Shown one piece after another: positions 57,046-64,000 of a DNA stretch of 64,000 nucleotides (positions are counted from its first letter, which is position 1; each line of letters opens with the position of its first letter). Made by a program: the position numbers and the translations under genes. Below the pieces are notes generated by a model that was given only the letters and a program-made list of their open reading frames with translations, was not told the origin of the DNA and ran no database searches. Source of the DNA: Candidatus Caccoplasma sp. (GTDB taxonomy: Bacteria > Bacteroidota > Bacteroidia > Bacteroidales > G3-4614); assembly GCA_045587545.1 (NCBI GenBank), contig JAZNCN010000021.1:6078-70077 (forward strand), given 5' to 3'.

Positions 57046-58119
57046 TTAATATATACCTTTTAAATATGGTTTATTTTTTCTATTTGCTTTATCTTTCCAT
57101 ACCATCTCGTTCAAATTAAACCTGACAGCTAATTGTTGTTGAAAATTAAACGAGTTTGGCAATATATGAAATGTCAGTTTTGCCGAACAATTCACAAAAC
57201 TATTCCTATAAAAAAACAGGTCTATATCGGTTTGATTATACCACTCTTCTGCTCTGTGAAACGGGTCTCCTTGATACAACTGAGACCCACATAAACCATA
57301 AAATGGGTACATATCATCTCCGTAATAAAACGTATTACTCATTCCTATATATTTCCATGCCAGATTAAACTCAACCAATGGACCGTTAGGCGTATGTTTC
57401 TCACCGGTACCACGATGACGCTCTATTCCCGCATAATATCCTACTCTAAGGGCAAGGGTATCTAATTTGGGTGTTAGCGATGTTAAATCAACTCCAACAT
57501 AGGGTGATATTGATATATGGTCCATTACCGACTCTCCTTCAACAGGTTCAGATGTGCGAGCAAGGTGATTCATACTAAAATGCCCACCGGCAATAAAAAT
57601 ATTAGGAGTCCATCTACCTGCAGCAAGAATTATGAATGCCTCTCTTCGTGTTGATGATTGCATTTGAGTCCAATCAATATAAGTCTCAATATATCCTTTT
57701 GATGCTTGATACTGAAACAACACTCCTGTTATATTAGGCCGGAATATTGCAATTGAATCATATAGCATATAAGATGGCAGATTATCAATGAGCTGTGTAC
57801 GAGGGAACATTCCAAAACTCATTGAAAAGCCTTTTTTTGCATAACGATAATAAAGAGTCGGATATAATTTACTTTCATCAACCTCTGCTCCAAATGGCTG
57901 AACCCAACTTGCTCCTGCCATAAGACGGTGCGAATTGGCAAATTCAACACCAATTTCAGGAGACAATCTTACGCCAAAAAGTGTTTTCGCTGATGTTAAA
58001 TTAGTATCATACTCGCGGTTATCAAAGAAGCCTAAGAAATCAATATCCCAGACCAACTTTTGAGACAATGCAGGTAAAACACTTATTGCCAAAATAAATA
58101 TGCAAACAAACCTTTTCAA
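57046..58119 (-). CDS. Secreted / outer-membrane hypothetical protein
   Basis: 357 aa with a signal peptide (ILAISVLPALSQ). It is aromatic/Gly-rich with a beta-strand-like periodicity. It sits 7 nt upstream of waaA and 10 nt downstream of gltX. I recognise no family. Confidence 0.45.
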   Translation of the reverse strand: MKRFVCIFILAISVLPALSQKLVWDIDFLGFFDNREYDTNLTSAKTLFGVRLSPEIGVEFANSHRLMAGASWVQPFGAEVDESKLYPTLYYRYAKKGFSMSFGMFPRTQLIDNLPSYMLYDSIAIFRPNITGVLFQYQASKGYIETYIDWTQMQSSTRREAFIILAAGRWTPNIFIAGGHFSMNHLARTSEPVEGESVMDHISISPYVGVDLTSLTPKLDTLALRVGYYAGIERHRGTGEKHTPNGPLVEFNLAWKYIGMSNTFYYGDDMYPFYGLCGSQLYQGDPFHRAEEWYNQTDIDLFFYRNSFVNCSAKLTFHILPNSFNFQQQLAVRFNLNEMVWKDKANRKNKPYLKGIY

Positions 58120-58129
58120 AACTAAATAC

Positions 58130-59656
58130 CTACTCTACCGGTTTTATCTTATCCAATCCTGTTTTAAGACGTGCAATTGTTTCTTCTTTTCCTATTACTT
58201 CTGTAATATCAAACATATGAGGACCTCTACACTCTCCTACTACAGCCAACCTAAAGGCATTCATAGTGTTTCCAAGATGATATTCATTTTTTGCTATCCA
58301 TGACAATACAACCTCCTCTAATGCCGCTGATGCAAAATTTTCTTCTCCTTCTAAAAGAGTAACCAACTCGGTTATTATTTGTGGCATACCCTCTTTCCAG
58401 CGTTTACGAATATCTTTCTCGGCATAAGTTTGTGGAGCTTCAAAGAAAAATGAGGTTTGCGCCCATAAATCTTTTGCAAAGTTTATACGCGACTTAACTA
58501 ACGATACTATTTTTTCTACATTATAAGCCTCAATATCTATCTTCTTCTCTTTCAAAATAGGAATAAACATTTCTGCTATTTCAGCATCGCTCTTCTCTTG
58601 AATATATTTATGATTAAACCATTTTCCTTTTTCGTAATCGAATTTTGCTCCTGCTTTACTACACTTCTCAATATTGAATAGTTTTATCAACTCCTCCATT
58701 GATAGTAACTCCTGTTCTGTTCCAGGATTCCAACCTAAAAGAGCAAGGAAGTTAACTACTGCCTCAGGCAAATAACCACTCTCTCTATATCCTGATGAGA
58801 CTTCTCCGCTTTTTGGATCTTTCCACTCTAACGGGAATACAGGAAATCCTAAACGGTCACCATCTCGTTTGCTTAATTTTCCGTTACCCTCAGGTTTTAA
58901 CAACAATGGTAAGTGTGCAAAACGAGGCATTGTGTCTTCCCAACCAAAAGCTCTATACAACAATACATGTAAAGGAGCTGAAGGCAACCACTCTTCTCCT
59001 CGAATAACATGCGTAACTTCCATTAAATGGTCATCAACAATATTTGCCAAATGATATGTTGGCAAATCATCAGCCGATTTATAAAGTACCTTATCGTCAA
59101 GAACTGATGAGTTGATTGTTACCTTGCCGCGTATCATATCATCAACTACAACATCTTCATCAGGCTCAATTTTTATACGCACAACATATTTCTCCCCCTC
59201 TGCAATAAGTTTATCAACCTCTGCTTTTCCCATCACCAAGGAGTTACGCATCATTCCGCGAGTTTTTGAATCATATTGGAAATTTGCTATTTCGTTTCGC
59301 TTTGCCTCTAACTCTTGCGGAGTGTCAAATGCAATATATGCTTTTCCTGCTTCAAGAAGTTGATTTACATATTTACGGTATATGTCACGACGCTCTGATT
59401 GGCGATAAGGACCATACTCTCCTCCGTAGTTTACACCCTCATCAAACTTAACACCCAACCACTCTAATGCAGTAATAATATAATCTTCTGCTCCGGGGAC
59501 AAATCTCTGAGAATCAGTATCCTCAATTCTCAAAATCATATCTCCTCCATTCTGTTTTGCAAACAGATAGTTATATAATGCTGTTCTTACTCCTCCTATA
59601 TGCAGTGGTCCTGTGGGACTTGGTGCAAAACGCACTCTGACTTTACGTTGTTCCAT
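58130..59656 (-). CDS. gltX: Glutamate--tRNA ligase
   Basis: 508 aa. The HIGH-type motif is [18 protein letters not shown] and the KMSKS-type motif is GKLSKRDG. Confidence 0.95.
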   Translation of the reverse strand: MEQRKVRVRFAPSPTGPLHIGGVRTALYNYLFAKQNGGDMILRIEDTDSQRFVPGAEDYIITALEWLGVKFDEGVNYGGEYGPYRQSERRDIYRKYVNQLLEAGKAYIAFDTPQELEAKRNEIANFQYDSKTRGMMRNSLVMGKAEVDKLIAEGEKYVVRIKIEPDEDVVVDDMIRGKVTINSSVLDDKVLYKSADDLPTYHLANIVDDHLMEVTHVIRGEEWLPSAPLHVLLYRAFGWEDTMPRFAHLPLLLKPEGNGKLSKRDGDRLGFPVFPLEWKDPKSGEVSSGYRESGYLPEAVVNFLALLGWNPGTEQELLSMEELIKLFNIEKCSKAGAKFDYEKGKWFNHKYIQEKSDAEIAEMFIPILKEKKIDIEAYNVEKIVSLVKSRINFAKDLWAQTSFFFEAPQTYAEKDIRKRWKEGMPQIITELVTLLEGEENFASAALEEVVLSWIAKNEYHLGNTMNAFRLAVVGECRGPHMFDITEVIGKEETIARLKTGLDKIKPVE

Positions 59657-59712
59657 ATATAAATTCTTTAATATTCTAATATCTTAAACCTTTATATTAA
59701 GGTAAGACGTTA

Positions 59713-59720
59713 CAAAGTTA
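59713..59720 (-). promoter_or_regulatory. Candidate -7 box for gltX
   Basis: CAAAGTTA is the reverse complement of TAacTTTG. It lies 57 nt upstream of the gltX ATG. Confidence 0.3.
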
Positions 59721-59853
59721 AAACATAATTTTGGTTTGTAATAATTATTTAACAATTATGTTTAATTTGTTTTTATACACGACTATAAATAAAACTTCTA
59801 AGAGAGTTTTTATCTGTTTAATTCTTAAAAAATTATCCTTATCCTTTTTTATG

Positions 59854-59884
59854 TTTGTCATTACAAAAAATATTCGTATCTTTG
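59854..59884 (+). promoter_or_regulatory. Consensus Bacteroidota promoter (TTTG-N19-TAtcTTTG) for rplY-pth-hslR
   Basis: TTTG at 59854-59857, a 19-nt spacer, then TATCTTTG at 59877-59884. This implies a ~75-nt leader before the ATG at 59965. Confidence 0.5.
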
Positions 59885-59964
59885 CGCCGCTTTTTAGTAT
59901 TCCGTGCGATGGGAAATTAAGGAGTAAACAGACTTAATTTTTAGTAACACAAAATTTTATTACA

Positions 59965-60618
59965 ATGAAAACATTTAAATTAGAAGGTTCTCCCCGCGTA
60001 GAGTTGGGTAAAAAAGAGAGCAAATCTCTTCGTAAAGAGAACATGATTCCTGCAGTTCTTAATGGTGGCAAAATTGTTGAGTTGCCTTATACCGGAGAGT
60101 TAAAAGCTGGAGAGAAATGCGTAGCAATGAAAGACGGAAAAGGTATGATTGTTACAGACTTCAAAGTTTCAACTGAGGCTGTTCGCAAACTTATTTATAC
60201 TCCCGACATCTTCGCTATTGAACTTAAAATAGGAGAAAAAGAGGTTATGGCTGTGCTTAAAGACGCACAATTCCACCCTGTAACAGGCAATATCCTTCAC
60301 ATGGATTTCCTTGAAATTTCAAAAGAGAAACCCATTGTTATGGCAGTACCCGTTGTTCTTGAAGGACACGCAGAGGGTGTTAAAGCCGGAGGTAAATTGG
60401 TTCTTAAAATGCGCCGTCTAAAAGCAAAAGCTATTTATACAAATATACCTGAGAAATTGACAGTAAACGTAGAGTCTTTAGGTCTTGGAAAATCAATTTC
60501 TGTTGGCGAACTTAAATATGACAACATTGAACTAATCAATCCCAAAGAGGCTGTTGTATGTTCAGTTATGATGACTCGTGCCGCTGCTGCTGCCGCTGCT
60601 GCTGCCGCTAAGAAATAA
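59965..60618 (+). CDS. rplY: 50S ribosomal protein L25 / general stress protein Ctc, with a C-terminal Ala10 tail
   Basis: 217 aa. LRKENMIPAVLNGG and HPVTGNILHMDF are L25/Ctc motifs. The protein ends TRAAAAAAAAAAKK. Confidence 0.9.
   Translation: MKTFKLEGSPRVELGKKESKSLRKENMIPAVLNGGKIVELPYTGELKAGEKCVAMKDGKGMIVTDFKVSTEAVRKLIYTPDIFAIELKIGEKEVMAVLKDAQFHPVTGNILHMDFLEISKEKPIVMAVPVVLEGHAEGVKAGGKLVLKMRRLKAKAIYTNIPEKLTVNVESLGLGKSISVGELKYDNIELINPKEAVVCSVMMTRAAAAAAAAAAKK
60580..60609 (+). repeat. (GCY)10 trinucleotide repeat encoding Ala10
   Basis: GCC GCT GCT GCT GCC GCT GCT GCT GCC GCT, read directly from the sequence. Confidence 0.95.
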
Positions 60619-60624
60619 ATTTGA

Positions 60625-61185
60625 ATGAAATATCTTATTACAGGTTTGGGCAATATCGGAAGTGAATACGATAACACCCGCCACAATATAGGATTTAAGG
60701 TATTGGACGCTCTCGCAAAGGCGTCCAATACTGTTTTTGCCGATGCCAGATATGGGGCTGTTTGCAAAATATCAATAAAAGGAAGAACTCTTATTCTTCT
60801 TAAGCCTTCAACGTTTATGAACTTAAGCGGAAATGCTGTAAGATATTGGTTACAAAAAGAGAATATTCCTAACGAAAATCTACTGGTAATTGTCGATGAC
60901 CTCGCCTTACCATTAGGTCAACTACGACTAAAAGAGAAAGGAAGCCCTGGAGGACACAACGGCTTAGCTCATATTTCGCAATTGATAGGACAAAACTTTG
61001 CCCGCTTACGTTTTGGTATAGGTAACGACTTCCCAAGAGGTGGACAAGTTGATTATGTCCTTGGTAAATTCACCTCCGAAGAAGAGGAGACAATTGCACC
61101 TCGCATAGAGATAGCAAAAGAGATCATCACAAGTTTCTGCTTTGCCGGAGCTGCTCGGACAATGACTCAATACAACAACAAATAA
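60625..61185 (+). CDS. pth: Peptidyl-tRNA hydrolase
   Basis: 186 aa. Motifs are [21 protein letters not shown] and GGHNGL. Confidence 0.95.
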   Translation: MKYLITGLGNIGSEYDNTRHNIGFKVLDALAKASNTVFADARYGAVCKISIKGRTLILLKPSTFMNLSGNAVRYWLQKENIPNENLLVIVDDLALPLGQLRLKEKGSPGGHNGLAHISQLIGQNFARLRFGIGNDFPRGGQVDYVLGKFTSEEEETIAPRIEIAKEIITSFCFAGAARTMTQYNNK

Positions 61186-61192
61186 ACAAATA

Positions 61193-61621
61193 ATGGCTAA
61201 AGAAGAGGTAAGAATAGATAAATGGCTTTGGGCTGTACGAATATTTAAGACTCGGACACAAGCCGTTGATGCTTGCAAAAAAGGAAGAGTTGAGATGAAG
61301 GGTGTTACCGTAAAACCTTCACGCACGGTCAAAGTGGGTGATGAAATTTCAGTACGCAAGCCTCCTATAACATACACCTTCAGAGTATTAGCATTGAGCG
61401 AGAACCGAATGGGAGCTAAACTCGTACCTGATTTCTTAGAAAACATTACCCCTCAGGAGCAATATGACATATTAGAGATGTCGCGCATAAGCGGTTTTGT
61501 TGCAAGAAATAAAGGCATGGGGCGCCCCACAAAGAGAGAGGGCCGAGAACTTAAAGCTTTTATTGAAAGTGAATATTCATTTGACATTCCCGAATTATGG
61601 GACGAGGAGGACGATATATAA
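61193..61621 (+). CDS. hslR: S4-domain RNA-binding protein (Hsp15/HslR-like)
   Basis: 142 aa. RIDKWLWAVRIFKTRTQAVDACKKGRV is an S4 domain. Confidence 0.75.
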   Translation: MAKEEVRIDKWLWAVRIFKTRTQAVDACKKGRVEMKGVTVKPSRTVKVGDEISVRKPPITYTFRVLALSENRMGAKLVPDFLENITPQEQYDILEMSRISGFVARNKGMGRPTKREGRELKAFIESEYSFDIPELWDEEDDI

Positions 61622-61632
61622 AAACATTTTTT

Positions 61633-61640
61633 TATATTTG
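61633..61640 (+). promoter_or_regulatory. Candidate -7 box for ilvE
   Basis: TATATTTG is an exact match, 31 nt upstream of the ATG at 61671. Confidence 0.35.
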
Positions 61641-61670
61641 CAATCCATTACAAACTTATTATAAAAGAAG

Positions 61671-62696
61671 ATGACAACAAAAGAGATTGATTGGGCTAAT
61701 TTATCATTCGGATATATGCCTACCGATTATAACGTTCGCAGATATTACCGCGACGGCAAATGGGGAGAAATAGAAGTAAGCTCTTCAGACTCAATAAATA
61801 TGAGCATGGCAGCAACTTGTCTTCATTACGGTCAAGAGGCTTTTGAAGGATTGAAAGCTTTCCGTGGTAAAGACGGGAAAATAAGAGTTTTCAGAATGAA
61901 AGACAATGCTGAACGACTACAATCAACATGCCGTGGCATCTTAATGCCTGAACTACCCACCGAAATGTTCTGCGAAATGGTTGAAAAGGTAATAAAATTA
62001 AACGAACGTTTTGTCCCCCCCTACGAAAGTGGAGCATCGTTATATATCAGACCTCTTTTGATTGGAACAGGCGCACAAGTTGGTGTACACCCCGCAAAAG
62101 AATACCTATTTTTAATATTTGTTACTCCCGTAGGTCCGTATTTTAAAGGAGGTTTTGCTACCACCCCATACGTAATAATCAGAGGATACGACAGAGCTGC
62201 TCCTCTCGGAACAGGACGTTACAAAGTTGGAGGTAACTATGCGGCAAGTCTATTGGCAAATCAAAAAGCTCACGAATTAGGATACTCTTGCGAATTATAT
62301 TTAGATGCCCGTGAGAAAAAATACATTGACGAAGCAGGAGCTGCAAACTTCTTTGGAATTAAGGACAATACCTACATCACTCCAAAATCGTCGTCAATTC
62401 TTCCTTCAATAACAAACCGCAGTTTAATGCAATTGGCAGAGGATATGGGAATGAAAGTTGAACAACGACAAATACCAGAAGAGGAGTTGTCAACTTTTGA
62501 AGAGGCAGGAGCTTGTGGAACAGCTGCTGTAATATCTCCAATGCAACGCATTGACGACCTTGACAATAACATAAGCTATGTTATCTCAAAAGATGGACGT
62601 CCCGGACCTATGAGCACCAAACTATACAACGAATTAAGAGGTATTCAATACGGTGAGGTTGAAGACAGACACCAATGGATAACAGTAATAGAATAG
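61671..62696 (+). CDS. ilvE: Branched-chain amino acid aminotransferase
   Basis: 341 aa, class IV aminotransferase. Motifs are YGQEAFEGLKAFR, RYKVGGNYAASL and GTAAVISP. Confidence 0.9.
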   Translation: MTTKEIDWANLSFGYMPTDYNVRRYYRDGKWGEIEVSSSDSINMSMAATCLHYGQEAFEGLKAFRGKDGKIRVFRMKDNAERLQSTCRGILMPELPTEMFCEMVEKVIKLNERFVPPYESGASLYIRPLLIGTGAQVGVHPAKEYLFLIFVTPVGPYFKGGFATTPYVIIRGYDRAAPLGTGRYKVGGNYAASLLANQKAHELGYSCELYLDAREKKYIDEAGAANFFGIKDNTYITPKSSSILPSITNRSLMQLAEDMGMKVEQRQIPEEELSTFEEAGACGTAAVISPMQRIDDLDNNISYVISKDGRPGPMSTKLYNELRGIQYGEVEDRHQWITVIE

Positions 62697-63229
62697 ACTG
62701 CATAGCAATAATAGAGAAGTATTATACAAAAAATACACCTCTATACAACCTACTTATTGCTCACAGCAAAAGTGTTGCTGAATTGGCAGTAGAAATTGTG
62801 GCATCGCACCCCGAATTGGGTGCTGATGCCTCTTTTGTTTACGAAGCAGCAATGCTTCACGATATTGGAATATTCCTAACCAATGCTCCAAAAATATTTT
62901 GCGTAGGAGATAAACCATACATCTTACACTCAATCTTAGGTGCAGAAATATTAAGAGTTGAAGGTTTAGAAAAACATGCTTTAGTTTGTGAAAGACATAC
63001 AGGTGCCGGAATATCTGCCATTGAGATAAAAAATCAAAACTTACCTCTCCCTAATAAAGATTTTATTCCTATATCAATAGAAGAAAAAATAGTTGCTTAT
63101 GCCGATAAATTTTTCTCAAAATCTTCTCCAAACAAACGCAAAAGTATTGCAGAAGCAAGAGACTCTCTTCAACGATTTGGAGATGAAATCTTAGCCCGTT
63201 TTGATGAATGGAGTAAATTGTTTGCATAA
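62675..63229 (+). CDS. HD-domain phosphohydrolase
   Basis: 184 aa. HS...V and AAMLHDIG form the HD motif. It overlaps the end of ilvE by 22 nt. Confidence 0.7.
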   Translation: MDNSNRIDCIAIIEKYYTKNTPLYNLLIAHSKSVAELAVEIVASHPELGADASFVYEAAMLHDIGIFLTNAPKIFCVGDKPYILHSILGAEILRVEGLEKHALVCERHTGAGISAIEIKNQNLPLPNKDFIPISIEEKIVAYADKFFSKSSPNKRKSIAEARDSLQRFGDEILARFDEWSKLFA

Positions 63230-63266
63230 AAAAGCCTATATTTTCGGTAAGTTGCATTAAAATAAC

Positions 63267-63274
63267 TATCTTTG
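63267..63274 (+). promoter_or_regulatory. Candidate -7 box for the lptD-like gene
   Basis: TATCTTTG is an exact match, 35 nt upstream of the ATG at 63309. Confidence 0.35.
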
Positions 63275-63308
63275 TAAGTTGATTGAGAAACTATCATCAT
63301 CTCATAAG

Positions 63309-64000
63309 ATGACAAAAAGGAACAGAGTCTTCGTTATAATTCTATCATTGCTCGCAGCTACGCTGTTTGCAAACTTATATGCCATGCCACACTTTGACAA
63401 CAAAAGTGTGTCAGAAGATATTATATCTGATAGCATAAAAAATGACTCTTACCTCACCGATTCAATCAATATAAAAAACATCAGCAACGACTCTACACTT
63501 ACAGACTCAACAACACATATCAAAAAGAAGCCTAAAAAAGAGGCTTTGGAGGATATAGTAACATATACGGCAAGCGACTCAATGGTTTTACGAAACGGGA
63601 ACATGGCATACATGTTTGGTTCAAGCAAAATCAACTATCAAGACATTGAACTTACCGCTCAAGAGATAAGAATGGACATGGATAGTAGCACCGTATATGC
63701 CATAGGAGTAACAGATTCTTTAGGAAATACAATAGGTTCTCCCATATTTAAAGACCCCAGTGGAGAATATGAATCAGAAACAATGAAATATAACTTCAAA
63801 AGCGAAAGAGGTTATATTACCAATGTAAAGACTCAACAAGGCGAAGGCTATTTAATTGGAGGTAAAACAAAAAAAGACGCTGCCGGTGATTTCTATCTTG
63901 CTAACGGCAAATACACCACTTGCGACAACCATGAAAATCCCCACTTTCATCTTCAACTCACAAGAGCAAAGATGCGTCCGGGTAAAAATGTTGTTACAGG
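63309..64000 (+). CDS. lptD: LPS-assembly protein LptD/OstA-like (N-terminal part; continues past the right edge)
   Basis: Not in the track because the ORF is open-ended. Manual translation from the ATG at 63309 gives MTKRNRVFVIILSLLAATLFA...VTYTASDSMVLRNGNMAYMFGSSKINYQDIELTAQEIRMDMDSSTVYA...TTCDNHENPHFHLQLTRAKMRPGKNVV. This pattern is typical of Bacteroidota LptD-like proteins. Confidence 0.65.
   Translation, partial: MTKRNRVFVIILSLLAATLFANLYAMPHFDNKSVSEDIISDSIKNDSYLTDSINIKNISNDSTLTDSTTHIKKKPKKEALEDIVTYTASDSMVLRNGNMAYMFGSSKINYQDIELTAQEIRMDMDSSTVYAIGVTDSLGNTIGSPIFKDPSGEYESETMKYNFKSERGYITNVKTQQGEGYLIGGKTKKDAAGDFYLANGKYTTCDNHENPHFHLQLTRAKMRPGKNVVT

Noticed and set aside
59731-59937. 68-aa + strand ORF in the gltX-rplY spacer, and a 62-aa ORF at 28210-28398
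   Set aside because: Both lie in AT-rich promoter or terminator-bearing spacers and overlap the predicted promoter or terminator elements. Their composition is hydrophobic and low-complexity with no motifs.
1-64000. Defence systems, CRISPR arrays, prophage, IS or transposon content
   Set aside because: I recognised no repeat-spacer arrays, nuclease/helicase/methylase-type accessory genes, transposases or phage structural genes in any frame. This is a visual and motif-based judgement only, not a search result.

Overview
AT-rich chromosomal segment that looks like a Bacteroidota (Bacteroidales-like) genome. Evidence for this: T9SS components PorX and PorW/SprE, a T9SS C-terminal sorting domain on a large glycosidase, many lipoproteins and OM barrels, and TAnnTTTG-type promoter boxes instead of Shine-Dalgarno sites. 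About 55 protein-coding genes are tightly packed and mostly housekeeping: secA, tsaE, aroA, nnr, adk, obg, pnp, dprA, rbfA, aroQ, xerD, dnaX, cdd, ackA-pta, waaA, gltX, rplY-pth-hslR, ilvE and lptD. By eye I found no rRNA, tRNA, CRISPR array, transposase/IS, phage genes or recognisable defence system. All family names come from motif recognition in the translated ORFs, since no searches could be run. The points most worth a second look are these. (1) An A11 slippery run in dnaX at the tau/gamma boundary, with stops in both shifted frames. (2) Near-identical 45-bp direct repeats that bracket a single GH85-like T9SS cargo gene. These belong to a small family of stop-codon-adjacent words and GCGAAGC-type mini-hairpins in 3' regions. 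(3) An uncharacterised outer-membrane cluster at 45.2-53.4 kb, with two tandem paralogous ~600-aa lipoproteins, a 469-aa barrel and a divergent 937-aa barrel. This cluster is my best candidate for an undescribed system, but the support is only architecture and context. (4) Smaller context oddities: an AlkP-family gene overlapping an Lnb-like gene, a split metal ABC transporter next to a Cys-rich anchored protein, an orphan Imm17-like gene, and a consensus promoter carrying A15 and (AT)6 tracts. Much of the window is ordinary core genome.
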